Shown one piece after another: positions 39,371-49,515 of a stretch of DNA of 64,000 nucleotides. A program made the translations under genes and the position numbers. Each line of letters starts with the position of its first letter. The stretch's first letter is position 1. The DNA comes from a virus: the IMG/VR virus record IMGVR_UViG_3300025195_000002; one strand, 5' to 3'. A model generated the notes under the pieces. It ran no database searches. It was given only the letters and a program-made list of their open reading frames with translations, and had not been told where the DNA came from.

Positions 39371-39838
39371 ATGATACGTGTTATTTTTTTATCCTTTTGT
39401 TTGTTTCTTGGTAGCTGTATATCAACACCGCCTGAAGCACAAAAACCTAACACTGGGACACAGGCTGACCCTATAGGTCTACCACCATCTATAAATGATT
39501 ACCAGTGGGATCATGCTATTGTCGGACAAAGTCATCCCGTTGAACGTTATCTAGAAGCGCTTAAATTATACCATGAACGATTAACGTTATATATAGAACA
39601 GCTACAGCGTAGCATTGACCGGTCATCTTCTGATAAGTGTAGTCAATTTATCCCGTTCCCAACACCTGATTTAAAACCTGTCCCTGAGTCGATAGATCTA
39701 TCTAACTTTGACAATGAAGAAGAAGCATATATTGCTTTTGGTGAATATACACAAGCGCTCTATGACTATGCTACCCGGCTTAGAAATATTTATATTGAAG
39801 ATGTAGCCCGTTATAACGACCAGTGTTTAAACAAGTAG
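39371..39838 (+). CDS. Lipoprotein (o-spanin-like)
   Basis: MIRVIFLSFCLFLGS-C lipobox followed by a Pro-rich region; abuts the TM coiled-coil gene. Confidence 0.55.
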   Translation: MIRVIFLSFCLFLGSCISTPPEAQKPNTGTQADPIGLPPSINDYQWDHAIVGQSHPVERYLEALKLYHERLTLYIEQLQRSIDRSSSDKCSQFIPFPTPDLKPVPESIDLSNFDNEEEAYIAFGEYTQALYDYATRLRNIYIEDVARYNDQCLNK

Positions 39839-39898
39839 GGGTTTACAGACCAAGTAAAACATATAGAGTATTATAACTTAATAATTGGATTTAACACG

Positions 39899-41257
39899 AT
39901 GAGCACAACAACGCCTAGTATCAAAGCTACCCTATACACAGATGGCGGCTGCCGAAATCATAGTAGCGGTAAGGGCCATGCTGGCTGGGGCTATCATGGT
40001 CAGATAGGCGACTACGTCTATGACGGTTGGGGTAGCATCGAAGAACTCACTACTAATAACGTTGCTGAACTTGTAGCGGTTAAAGAAGCGATCGATATCG
40101 CAGATCAATTTAAAGTAGAAGACCTTACCATTATTTCAGATTCACGTTATGTGGTTGATGGTATTAATGACCGTTATGAAAAATGGGAAGCCAACAACTG
40201 GTTGCGGCACGATGGCGAACCGGTTAAGAACCGCCGATACTGGGAAGATTTAGCAGAATCACGTGCTGAGTTTACAGGGAAAGGGAATCAGGTAACTTTT
40301 AAATGGGCGAAAGGTCATAATGGGTTAAAGGGTAACGAAGCGGCGGACGTCAACGCAACAAAAGGGGTGATGTTATCGACTAATGGGAAACATATGTCGT
40401 TTCATGAATCTATTGAGGCAAAGAAACACGGAAAAGAAAAGGTACCACCTTACAACCGTATGTTTTGTCATAACTTCTGGTACTTTAACACTAACGTTGA
40501 TAATGTTACCGAAACCGGACATCACGTATACCACTGTGGTAACCATGAGATTATAGGTAAGCCTGAATCAGATGCCGGCCATAGCGTCATCTACCTAAAA
40601 GAACCTGATAGTGTATTAGAAGCAATACGCGATCATCAGAACCGGTACGTAGAAGAGAGTGAGCAAATGATGTTCACCGGTCATCTTACTGAGATCTTTG
40701 CATCTAAGAACTATGGTGAGTTAGTTAAAAATGGTACCATCCATACCAGCCGTAAACCAAAGTCTCGGGATATTCTTACTTACAACAAACAGCCACTAAC
40801 TAGTGAAGTTCGTCCTGTAGGGAGAAGTTTTTATCTTCTTGATGTGTTAGGTAATTTAGAAGAGCGACTTAAACAAGTGATTGCAGGTGAGATTCCTGAA
40901 ACCTGGCGTTTAACTGACGTTACCGATAAGTTCTATAATAAAGTAACTAAGGGTAAAGGGAAGAATGAACGTGAGGTCTTTGAGTTTATCAAGGAAATTA
41001 CAACTGCTGTTAAGTCTATCAATCTAGATGTTGAACATGGTGTAGGAGAGACAACTGGGACAACAGAGGTCACGTTAACGTTTGGCGTCGACATTCCTAT
41101 TCGAAACGCATTATCTGCATTACCTAAAGTTGTTAAACGTGTTGCTATCTTAACTTGGCCGGCATCCAAAGTATCATTCAACTACGCTTTTATCCTAGAA
41201 ACCGAAGATGATATTGGTATCTGGGCCTGTGGGTTTGCTAACACACGTATCATCTGA
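39899..41257 (+). CDS. rnhA: Ribonuclease HI with C-terminal extension (phiKZ gp155-like)
   Basis: YTDGGC, TNNVAEL, ISDSRYVVDG, WAKGHNG..GNEAAD. Confidence 0.92.
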   Translation: MSTTTPSIKATLYTDGGCRNHSSGKGHAGWGYHGQIGDYVYDGWGSIEELTTNNVAELVAVKEAIDIADQFKVEDLTIISDSRYVVDGINDRYEKWEANNWLRHDGEPVKNRRYWEDLAESRAEFTGKGNQVTFKWAKGHNGLKGNEAADVNATKGVMLSTNGKHMSFHESIEAKKHGKEKVPPYNRMFCHNFWYFNTNVDNVTETGHHVYHCGNHEIIGKPESDAGHSVIYLKEPDSVLEAIRDHQNRYVEESEQMMFTGHLTEIFASKNYGELVKNGTIHTSRKPKSRDILTYNKQPLTSEVRPVGRSFYLLDVLGNLEERLKQVIAGEIPETWRLTDVTDKFYNKVTKGKGKNEREVFEFIKEITTAVKSINLDVEHGVGETTGTTEVTLTFGVDIPIRNALSALPKVVKRVAILTWPASKVSFNYAFILETEDDIGIWACGFANTRII

Positions 41258-41268
41258 GGAGGTGACAC

Positions 41269-41700
41269 ATGTCTGTATCTACTGCATTGTGTAAAAAACT
41301 CATGCCAGATATGATGAAGCGACTCTTCTACATCACCACGTTGTTTACTTTTATGGTGAGGAGAAGTCACCGTCATGTTAACTACACACGCCTATTTGGT
41401 GTGTGTTTAGATTGGACACCAACAGATGAGACGTTTAATCTCCCTGCATTGTTTACAGAACATATATGGGGAGAAACTTCACTTGCCGATAAAGTATCTG
41501 AAGAGACCATAAAGGGTAATTTAATTTCACTAGATGACATTGAACTCTCTACTCCAGAATGGTTGAAGTATGGTTTTAATAGCGACATCATGCAAGAAGA
41601 CACGTTATTAGTTTATCGTGTGGTTTTAATGGAGTTAAATGACCCTACTGTCAAACGTCTTACAGATGAAGAATATGAAAAATACGTAGCAGGGCGATAA
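41269..41700 (+). CDS. Hypothetical protein
   Basis: 143 aa; GAGGAGG RBS; ends in a hairpin. Confidence 0.65.
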   Translation: MSVSTALCKKLMPDMMKRLFYITTLFTFMVRRSHRHVNYTRLFGVCLDWTPTDETFNLPALFTEHIWGETSLADKVSEETIKGNLISLDDIELSTPEWLKYGFNSDIMQEDTLLVYRVVLMELNDPTVKRLTDEEYEKYVAGR

Positions 41701-41716
41701 GCCCTGCTATATGCCG
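41687..41716 (+). terminator. Hairpin + TATGCCG
   Basis: TAGCAGGGC-GATAA-GCCCTGCTA-TATGCCG. Confidence 0.65.
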
Positions 41717-41777
41717 GTGTCGATTCTAACAGATCCCTATCATTATTTGAGATGATTTCTAACAATAAGGGCCTAGT

Positions 41778-43256
41778 ATGGCAAACCCCAATGACTTTTT
41801 TGTTAAAGTACCAAAAATAAGACCCATGCTTAACGTTGGTAGTATGTTTGATATCCAATCGGGCAGTTACCATCAAGGCGAACATGGCGAACATATCCTA
41901 AACGGTGGATACCCGCACTTCCTAGGTGTGTGTGGTCGTGCAAACACCTATAAAACCACTGTAATGAACTACTTTAACCTTAGCGCCATGGCACGCTACG
42001 GTGATGTTTTTAATAAAGCGAGTGATAAGAATTCAACTTATCTGGTCTATGACAGTGAATCATCACTTAGCCCATCTCGTATTGAGCACTTAGGTAACTT
42101 CTTCCCAGGTCTCAGTGGTTGGGATGTTGATGAAAGCGGTGCCCTCATGGTTACTGATAATAACGGCATGAGCGGTAACCAGTACTTTCACCAGCTTAAG
42201 GCATTTGCTAAAGAGAAGTTAAAGGATAAGAAAGGAACCTTAACCACTCCTTTCATTACCGCTGATGGCAACCACCTGACTATGCTTCGTCCAACGATGG
42301 CCGGTCTTGATTCTATTTCCAACATGAGCATTGATTCAGTTGACCTCATTTACGATAAGAATCAGGTAGGTGACTCAAAGATGAACATGGAAGCTGCACG
42401 TATCGGCGCTGCCAAGAGTCAGATGGTTATTCAGATTCCAAAACTGGTTTCTAACCACGGTATCTTTCTTACAGTGACGGCACACTTAGGTGACGAAATA
42501 TTAGATGACCCGTATGCGCCGTCTAAAAAGAAACTACAGTTCTTAAAACAAGGAACGAAGTTAAAACGTTGTCCTGAGAATTTTACGTTTTTAACTAACA
42601 TTCTATTTAACTGCATGAGTGCTGCGCCGCTATTTAATAAAGCGGATAAGGCACCGTTATATCCAAGAGATTCAGATGACCGCACACCGGGCGATATGGA
42701 CCTGCAGTTAATTACCATACAGGTTCTCCGTTCAAAGAGTGGTGCAACAGGGTTACCGTTTGAGATCATTGCATCACAACGCGACGGTCTATTGATGTCT
42801 TTAAGTGAATTTCATTACATTAAAACAAATAAGTTTGGTCTTGAAGGTAACGATGTCACTTATGTCTTAAGTATCTATCCAGATCGTAAGTTGGGCCGTA
42901 CAACAGTGAGAGGGTTAATTGATAGCGATCCTAAACTTCGTCGTGCACTTGAGATTACCTGTGAACTGTGTATGATCAGCAACCTATGGAAGTCTATGGG
43001 TGATGTAGTATTAACGCCTGAGTATCTTTACAAGGCCATAGAAGACTTGGGTATTGGTTGGGATACTATACTCAATGATACACGGGGACACTGGCTACCA
43101 AAAGAACTGGAAGCTGTTGAAGAAAAACGTTTTCTATCCACGGTTGACCTTTGCCGCCTAGCGCGCAAAGAATACTATCCTTATTGGTGGGACGACTACT
43201 GTAAAGAGAAAGGGATCGAAAACAAACTCAAAGAGCATTTTGCTAAAGGGGTTTAA
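41778..43256 (+). CDS. uvsX: RecA/UvsX-like recombinase (phiKZ gp152-like)
   Basis: Degenerate P-loop GVCGRANTYKTT, YDSESS, GLDSIS Walker B; synteny with RNase H. Confidence 0.8.
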   Translation: MANPNDFFVKVPKIRPMLNVGSMFDIQSGSYHQGEHGEHILNGGYPHFLGVCGRANTYKTTVMNYFNLSAMARYGDVFNKASDKNSTYLVYDSESSLSPSRIEHLGNFFPGLSGWDVDESGALMVTDNNGMSGNQYFHQLKAFAKEKLKDKKGTLTTPFITADGNHLTMLRPTMAGLDSISNMSIDSVDLIYDKNQVGDSKMNMEAARIGAAKSQMVIQIPKLVSNHGIFLTVTAHLGDEILDDPYAPSKKKLQFLKQGTKLKRCPENFTFLTNILFNCMSAAPLFNKADKAPLYPRDSDDRTPGDMDLQLITIQVLRSKSGATGLPFEIIASQRDGLLMSLSEFHYIKTNKFGLEGNDVTYVLSIYPDRKLGRTTVRGLIDSDPKLRRALEITCELCMISNLWKSMGDVVLTPEYLYKAIEDLGIGWDTILNDTRGHWLPKELEAVEEKRFLSTVDLCRLARKEYYPYWWDDYCKEKGIENKLKEHFAKGV

Positions 43257-43258
43257 CA

Positions 43259-43564
43259 ATGAAACGTTTTTGGTTATTTGCAGGTACTGACCAGCCTGCT
43301 GGTGGTATGGGAGATTACCAGGAAGGCGGTCAACAGATAAACACGCTACTTAAGTGGATTAATGAAAACAAGACAGTTGATAAATTAAAAGGACTTCCTT
43401 TTACTTGGTTTGAGATTGTTGATGTTAACACTGGCGTTGTTAAAGTAAAGGGAAATCGACAATTTACTTCTGATTCTATTATAAATAAGGGAGTAGACTA
43501 CTATTCCTTTAATATGGAGAAAGAGAAGTGGGAAAAATTGAAGAAGAACAAATTCTCTTTATAG
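43259..43564 (+). CDS. Hypothetical protein
   Basis: 101 aa; FAG...PAGGMGDY motif. Confidence 0.6.
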   Translation: MKRFWLFAGTDQPAGGMGDYQEGGQQINTLLKWINENKTVDKLKGLPFTWFEIVDVNTGVVKVKGNRQFTSDSIINKGVDYYSFNMEKEKWEKLKKNKFSL

Positions 43565-43911
43565 GTGGTTCGCGGGGGTTTGCTAGTTATCATCTCTTAT
43601 GTCGAACCATTGAACTACTTCGTAAATGGGGGATCCTTAACAAAGGTCCCCTACACATCGTTAGTGGTGGTGCCGGTGGTGCTGATACAATGGCAGAAAA
43701 TTATGCCAAGGTAAATGGTTATAAGTTTACTAAGTATCCGGCTGACTGGGATAGGTACGGTAAAAAGGCAGGGATGTTACGAAATATTACCATGGTAGAT
43801 GTTTCAGATATTCAATTGTTGTTCTGGGATGGAGTTAGCAAAGGTACTCGCCATGCAATTACGTATGCCACTAAATGTAATCCAAAAACCACCTTCACTA
43901 TACTTTATTAA
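43528..43911 (+). CDS. YspA/DUF2493-like SLOG family protein
   Basis: IGGSRGF, IVSGGAGGAD, YPADWDRYGKKAGMLRN, FWDGVSKGT. Confidence 0.85.
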   Translation: MGKIEEEQILFIGGSRGFASYHLLCRTIELLRKWGILNKGPLHIVSGGAGGADTMAENYAKVNGYKFTKYPADWDRYGKKAGMLRNITMVDVSDIQLLFWDGVSKGTRHAITYATKCNPKTTFTILY

Positions 43912-43918
43912 GGAAACA

Positions 43919-44371
43919 ATGATGACAAGTCGTGCTGTTTTTTCGCTAAATGACAAAGAGTCATTAATGTATGCTAAGGGACATTTAGAGTTTCATGGTA
44001 TACTCTCTACAAATTTTTCGGATAACGAAATTGTAGAACTCGCCAATAAATTATCCGCCCCTAATAAATTATTTGGTAAATCTGTTAAATGTCTATCCTT
44101 AGCAGATTATACATTGACACGGTTTCTGTTTATGAACGCGGGTGCTAATATATGGGGTTGGCACGAAGGATTCAAGCCGCCGGAGAAAGACATCCATAAC
44201 TCGCCATATTACGGCTGGGAGCCTGCTGGATTTATGAAACATATCTTAGTCCCGCACGAACGAGATATCATTGAACTTTCGGAACTTAATACGTTGGTCT
44301 TTGATTTTAAGCGTATGATTAGACCAGTCATAGCGCGCCACCACAAGGAGCATGTACATGGCACTGCATGA
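43919..44371 (+). CDS. Hypothetical protein
   Basis: Start moved to ATG 43919 (AAGGA RBS). Confidence 0.55.
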   Translation: MMTSRAVFSLNDKESLMYAKGHLEFHGILSTNFSDNEIVELANKLSAPNKLFGKSVKCLSLADYTLTRFLFMNAGANIWGWHEGFKPPEKDIHNSPYYGWEPAGFMKHILVPHERDIIELSELNTLVFDFKRMIRPVIARHHKEHVHGTA

Positions 44372-44678
44372 TGAGGTTTATTATTATCTATCTCAGAAAA
44401 GTAAGCCCATTGCCGAGGCATTTAGACACCAGTATCGTCCACCAGACGTTCATCCTAGAAACCGGCTAGCCGTCATCAACCTTAACCGTTTCTGGCATTT
44501 GCATATTGGCAGCGTTAGCGGTGTGGATACGGTAGAAATACGAGGGTATTTAAATGATGATGTGCCAAGAGATCAGTGGTTGTTAGATTTTGTTCAATAT
44601 GTCATCCCATTTGTCATCACCCATCAACTTTTAATTGATCATGATTTTTACGATGACCGCCCACCCTGGAAAGAATAG
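44352..44678 (+). CDS. Hypothetical protein
   Basis: 108-aa ORF in operon. Confidence 0.6.
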   Translation: MYMALHDEVYYYLSQKSKPIAEAFRHQYRPPDVHPRNRLAVINLNRFWHLHIGSVSGVDTVEIRGYLNDDVPRDQWLLDFVQYVIPFVITHQLLIDHDFYDDRPPWKE

Positions 44679-44689
44679 GGAGTTCAACT

Positions 44690-45139
44690 ATGCATGCGTT
44701 ATACTTACAACACGTTCGCCAGGCTAAAAAAGTAATTGCATCGTTTGACGATGTTGATTATCGGATTATATTAGAAGACGAATATCGCATTAAGCTTGTT
44801 GGTTTTTTAATGGGTCAAAACAATGTTGCTTTTGACAAACTTACGCCAGAAGAGGCAGTAGCACTTGTTGCCAAACAAGAGGCCCTTAACCTAGAACTTC
44901 TTTCTCGCCATGCGTTTTTCCATGCATTCAACAATGAGAATAGGAAAAAGAGCGCCTTGCTTTGCTGTGGGCTAGCTATGGAGATGGGTGTAGTAGATAT
45001 TGATGCGTTATACGACGGGCTGATGACTGACTATCCTGAATATAGTAGTTTGCCGGGTATGGTAAAACGTAACCAATGGTCAGCTACTATGTTGCGGTTT
45101 ATTCAAGAAAACCTACCGCTACCTGAGGCAACGGTATGA
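44690..45139 (+). CDS. Hypothetical protein
   Basis: 149 aa; GGGAG RBS. Confidence 0.6.
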   Translation: MHALYLQHVRQAKKVIASFDDVDYRIILEDEYRIKLVGFLMGQNNVAFDKLTPEEAVALVAKQEALNLELLSRHAFFHAFNNENRKKSALLCCGLAMEMGVVDIDALYDGLMTDYPEYSSLPGMVKRNQWSATMLRFIQENLPLPEATV

Positions 45140-45171
45140 GTTGATTTAATAATTGTTGAGAGATATTCACT

Positions 45172-45840
45172 ATGGCAAACCGTAAAGCAGCACAAGCTTT
45201 TATCCTGGAATATATGGATAGGATACTACCTGGTGGCGAGAATAAAGCCCTGTACGAAGAGTTATTTGCTTCAATGTCTGATAAAGACTTTGATAAGCTT
45301 ATGGCTAAAATCAAAGAAGGGTTTGTTTTACCGATTATCGCCCCTAACTTGAATGAAGCAAAGTTAGACACTAGTCGTAATCTTAAAATTGCAAAAGAGC
45401 TAGGCCATTCTTTCTTTGAGCAGATTGTATTAACTGATAATGATACTGGTGAGGAATATACAACACCCCACAAGTATATGGTTGTCGATATGCCTGTACG
45501 ACGTCAATCACAGCTACTTGATAAAAAGATGTCTACGCCTGCTAATAACAGCGTTGTAGATGAGTTAACAGGTCAGCCTACCGGTGTTTCTAAAGGGGCT
45601 GCTTTATCGTTCCCTGAATTAGGTGTTTTACTTTCTATTGGTGTAGATAGTGCCATTGAGGAGTTGATTAAACTACGTGGTGGTGATGAGGTAGCATTTA
45701 ACGCTATGAACCGACAGATCATGGAGACTGGTGAAGCTGACATCGATTCCATTAAAACCTTAGGGTCTAAAGTTAAATCGACGGAGACACTAAGTTCTCT
45801 ATTAACTGGCATGCATTTGAGGAACAATTTAGATGAGTGA
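45172..45840 (+). CDS. Virion RNA polymerase beta subunit, C-terminal fragment (phiKZ gp149-like)
   Basis: PVRRQSQLLDKK, ELTGQPTGVSKGAALSFPEL and EELIKLRGGD correspond to RpoB C-terminal conserved regions. Confidence 0.8.
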   Translation: MANRKAAQAFILEYMDRILPGGENKALYEELFASMSDKDFDKLMAKIKEGFVLPIIAPNLNEAKLDTSRNLKIAKELGHSFFEQIVLTDNDTGEEYTTPHKYMVVDMPVRRQSQLLDKKMSTPANNSVVDELTGQPTGVSKGAALSFPELGVLLSIGVDSAIEELIKLRGGDEVAFNAMNRQIMETGEADIDSIKTLGSKVKSTETLSSLLTGMHLRNNLDE

Positions 45841-46309
45841 TAAGGTGTTATTTATTGATGCGATGACTACGTTAGACAGTATCGTTATCAACAATCTTAA
45901 TCAGATGGATGAAAAGAATACCCGCGAGTTTTCTGCGTTTCTAATATCTATATTTAAACGCTTTAACTTTGCTCGTTTATTCTCAGAAGATGAGGTGAAA
46001 AAGGTCTGGGGTATTGTTCGAGAAAACCGGAATAATCTTGCACATTTTGAAAAGATTGTGATGGGTTGGCGTCTAATGGGATTTGACAGTGATGAGAGTT
46101 ATAATAAGTTAGTTGCATTGATTGCTACTAGCCTGACTCATCCTAGTGTCAGCAATACATTGGTTGACACAGCGTATCTTGAACCTATCCCTAAACATCC
46201 TGAAATTGAGGAAGTTTATAAATCAAACCTTTGGCTAACTACGCTCTTTGTTATGTCGTTATGTCCTCAAGTTTCTACGTATATTAAATCATTATCCGAG
46301 TCTAAGTAA
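45833..46309 (+). CDS. Hypothetical protein
   Basis: 158 aa; overlaps the RNAP fragment gene. Confidence 0.6.
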   Translation: MSDKVLFIDAMTTLDSIVINNLNQMDEKNTREFSAFLISIFKRFNFARLFSEDEVKKVWGIVRENRNNLAHFEKIVMGWRLMGFDSDESYNKLVALIATSLTHPSVSNTLVDTAYLEPIPKHPEIEEVYKSNLWLTTLFVMSLCPQVSTYIKSLSESK

Positions 46310-47031
46310 TGAGTAATCAAACCCTATATGTCGAACTCAATGCACTAATGGATACCCGTATTGCGACAATAGAGTCGCTTTATGGTGTCGATGTTGCACA
46401 ACAACTTTTAGAGAACGGTTATGATCGCCGAGAAAGTGATGACTGGAATGTGTTGGATTCACGTTTAAATACGGCTAAGATCAATGACCTGTATAAACAC
46501 CATGACGTTACCCTGTTAGCTAATGCATTGATGTCAAACTTAGTTAGGGTGTTAAAAAACTTTATTACCGAAGCAAATAAAGGTACGGCAGCTAACCCAC
46601 TAGCTGATCCCATTGCACTACACATCAATATAGCCCCATACTCGCTACCTGAAGAACATCGTCATGTATTGTGTAATAGCATAGCGTCACATACGGGTGT
46701 CGTTGATGTTAAAACAATTAATGTACCTCGACACCTAGCAACCCCTAACTTCTTTCATAGTACGTATAAAACGATTTTCATGTATGACTTCATCGACTGG
46801 TTTACCATGCACCATGGCAAGTTACTCAGTCAGAACATACAAGAAACTGTCTGGTATGTACCTAAGCTACGAGCGTTTGGTGAGACGGCACAAAAAATGG
46901 AAACGTCCCTAGACGAAACAGCCTCTCAACTTTATAAGAAGCTCAATGTCTGGGACGCTGCCACCATTGCGTTGACAGGATACATGAATTTACAATTCCT
47001 AGACGTAGATGCATTTAACATTTATGCCTGA
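46309..47031 (+). CDS. Conserved phiKZ-like hypothetical protein
   Basis: 240 aa; YVELNALMDTRIAT N-terminal motif. Confidence 0.6.
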   Translation: MSNQTLYVELNALMDTRIATIESLYGVDVAQQLLENGYDRRESDDWNVLDSRLNTAKINDLYKHHDVTLLANALMSNLVRVLKNFITEANKGTAANPLADPIALHINIAPYSLPEEHRHVLCNSIASHTGVVDVKTINVPRHLATPNFFHSTYKTIFMYDFIDWFTMHHGKLLSQNIQETVWYVPKLRAFGETAQKMETSLDETASQLYKKLNVWDAATIALTGYMNLQFLDVDAFNIYA

Positions 47032-47444
47032 TCGTATTTTTTCATGAAGTCGTCGTAGTTTAAATCACTAACGCCGATATCCATTTCACCTTCAACGAGT
47101 TCCGGTTCTGGTAAAGCATTTTCAGGCAAGGTGTTAATAACTTTTTCGTTACGGCCTGAACCACCTTCAAATGGATTATTACCACCAGTTTTAGCCATGA
47201 TCTTAGCTGCCATAATAGCTGCTGCATTATCTTGCTCATTCTGCTTGGAATCTTGTTCCATGCGTTTCATAGCAAGGGCAGTAGTATCCGCACCATTGAC
47301 TAATTCTAAAAGAACACGGCGCTCTCTGTTACACTCAGGCATACCGTTTTTAGTCATATCAGCTAGTATAGCCATACGGGCACGTTGAGTGGCGGCTAAG
47401 ACTTCGTCTTCGGTAGGTGTTTTTAAAGTATCAATTAAAGACAT
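47022..47444 (-). CDS. Hypothetical protein
   Basis: 140 aa; GGAGG RBS. Confidence 0.65.
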   Translation of the reverse strand: MSLIDTLKTPTEDEVLAATQRARMAILADMTKNGMPECNRERRVLLELVNGADTTALAMKRMEQDSKQNEQDNAAAIMAAKIMAKTGGNNPFEGGSGRNEKVINTLPENALPEPELVEGEMDIGVSDLNYDDFMKKYDQA

Positions 47445-47476
47445 AGACGCCTCCTATAGATTCGTTTAGTTTTTTC

Positions 47477-47491
47477 ACCTACATTACTTAG
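47477..47491 (+). promoter_or_regulatory. phiKZ-type early promoter motif ACCTACATTACTTAG
   Basis: Intergenic, upstream of 47528..48058. Confidence 0.75.
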
Positions 47492-47527
47492 GTGAGATGT
47501 AGATAACATATTAACAATGAGGTAATT

Positions 47528-48058
47528 ATGGCGAGACCTTCTCACTGGTATCGGATAAAATTATGGCTACGCATTGTATTGTTTAGAACCCAGTTTAAAA
47601 CCATGCGTAATAATATGAACGCTAAGGTCCTCGGTGGTCTGGTCTCATTATACACCAAGGATGACTTTGCTTATTACCATCCAAAATGCGGGAAATCAAT
47701 ATCGTTGGTTGTCTGGCATGGTAATGCTGCACAGCTGTTATCGTTCATAAACATAGTAAAACAGGCTATTGTAAATCGCGAGGAGATTCCTGCTGATGCA
47801 ATGCCTTCAACGAATAAACGCACCACCTTAACCTTGGACGCCTGGCTGGTAGATGACGAGCAATACGACATCGACATTCAACGGTTTTGGGAAGCTATAA
47901 CTGAGGCAGTAGAACCTATCCACAACCATATGATGGTGTTGGAAAAGGAAGATACAGCACGCTACAGTTATTACTCTCGACGGATGATGCGTTTATTTCA
48001 AGATGTAGGACAAATGCTGGAGGCACTTGAAAAAGTGATAATTAACGATTATGTTTGA
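47528..48058 (+). CDS. Hypothetical early protein
   Basis: Downstream of the early-promoter motif; GAGG RBS. Confidence 0.65.
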   Translation: MARPSHWYRIKLWLRIVLFRTQFKTMRNNMNAKVLGGLVSLYTKDDFAYYHPKCGKSISLVVWHGNAAQLLSFINIVKQAIVNREEIPADAMPSTNKRTTLTLDAWLVDDEQYDIDIQRFWEAITEAVEPIHNHMMVLEKEDTARYSYYSRRMMRLFQDVGQMLEALEKVIINDYV

Positions 48059-48446
48059 TGACAAATATCGCGTGACTGAAATACTACAAGATCCTAATAA
48101 AAAGACCCTATCTGCTAGAGGCGCATTGAGTCGTTTATTCAGGGTAATATTGGATGACTTTAATGTCACTCCAATGGGTTGGAATAGACGTATGGATAAT
48201 TATCTAAATGATCCTGCTAACGGTATTCCACGCACCGGTAAACCTCGGCACACTGCTAGAGGTAATATCAATAAACAAATGGCGTCCGATCCGATGACCA
48301 TTAAAACCTTTTTAAAGATGATGCGCTTTTTAGGTGCGACTCGGATACGCTTCAGCGTCCAACTTACTATCCGCAAAAAGGTAACAGAGCACAGCGTGGA
48401 GCTGCAGTTCTCTGAACATCACGAACCTGAAAGTCGTGAAGATTAA
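48051..48446 (+). CDS. Conserved phiKZ-like hypothetical protein (possible DNA-binding)
   Basis: Basic protein; LSRLFRVIL...ARGNINK...MTIKTFLKMMRFL. Confidence 0.55.
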   Translation: MFDDKYRVTEILQDPNKKTLSARGALSRLFRVILDDFNVTPMGWNRRMDNYLNDPANGIPRTGKPRHTARGNINKQMASDPMTIKTFLKMMRFLGATRIRFSVQLTIRKKVTEHSVELQFSEHHEPESRED

Positions 48447-48546
48447 AAAATAAAATACGCCCTTAACGTATATCGATGTGTCGGCCTGTCTAGCAATAGA
48501 CAGGTTCGGCCGTTGTATTTCTTTTTTTGCTCAAAGGAGCACGACC

Positions 48547-49515
48547 ATGAGTCTATTTACTACCGCTACCAAATCCCTACCTAAAAAGGTTGATTTATTT
48601 AGCCCCTCTGATAGCAGCAGTAAGGTAGGAGGTTCTTCTGCCTTAGCGGGCGTTGTAGGTAAACCTGCTAACGTTGAGTCTGGGTCACTGGATAAGATTG
48701 CTAAACAAACAACGGCTATCCCTGATACAAAATTAACTAGTGCTAAATTATCCGATGCAACAGACAGTAATTTTTCTATTAGTAGTTTAAGTAGCAGTGC
48801 AGTTAAAAATCTTCAAGACTTTATTAAAGAAGATAGTCCTATTGGTAAAAAGAGCGTTAAGCTCTTAGATGGTACTATCGCTAAGGGGTTAAATACTGAA
48901 CTGGGTGAGGCTAGTGATTTTCAAAAGATGGTAGCTGAGATCCATGATACCTGTAAGGGTCTTGGTGTTAAAGACCGGACAACCGCTAGAGCTGTTAATG
49001 ACACATTACTACTAGAAGCGTTGCTGATGGGTCTAGCAGGCTTAATTGATTGTATGGGTGATGTGGTTGGATTAGACTTTAATGCAACACGTCTGGCGAA
49101 ACATAGCGTAAAGGCTGCAAAGAAAGGCGATGCTGCTAGCCTTGCTTCTGTTGCTAAAATGGTTGGCTCTCATCGTATTAAAGCTACTGAACCTAAGATT
49201 GCCAATACGCTACTAAAAAACTATAAAGTAGACGAAGGAACTAACCCTAGTCAGTTTCCAGTGTTAGGTGCTACGTTAGTATCACAACTTAAAACTATTG
49301 ATACCGATTGGCTTAAAAGCGATGTTAATGGTGATGAAACAGTTACCGACGTATCTAGTCTGCGTGGTATTAGTCCGGATGCTAAGAAGGTATTGGCTAC
49401 TCAAAATGAAACTTCTACTGCATTGATGATTGCAGACAACACGCCGGAAGAAAGTCAAAGTGATTTAATGGGGCGTTTTAACCCAATGAGCTATGCTCGT
49501 GGTCTGATGGCATAA
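48547..49515 (+). CDS. Hypothetical (probable virion) protein
   Basis: Start moved to ATG 48547 (AAGGAG RBS); Ser/Lys-rich N-terminus. Confidence 0.55.
   Translation: MSLFTTATKSLPKKVDLFSPSDSSSKVGGSSALAGVVGKPANVESGSLDKIAKQTTAIPDTKLTSAKLSDATDSNFSISSLSSSAVKNLQDFIKEDSPIGKKSVKLLDGTIAKGLNTELGEASDFQKMVAEIHDTCKGLGVKDRTTARAVNDTLLLEALLMGLAGLIDCMGDVVGLDFNATRLAKHSVKAAKKGDAASLASVAKMVGSHRIKATEPKIANTLLKNYKVDEGTNPSQFPVLGATLVSQLKTIDTDWLKSDVNGDETVTDVSSLRGISPDAKKVLATQNETSTALMIADNTPEESQSDLMGRFNPMSYARGLMA

Noticed and set aside
39899-41257. RNase H as part of a retroelement
   Set aside because: No RT or integrase; stand-alone RNase HI beside a RecA-like gene is the usual phiKZ-like arrangement.
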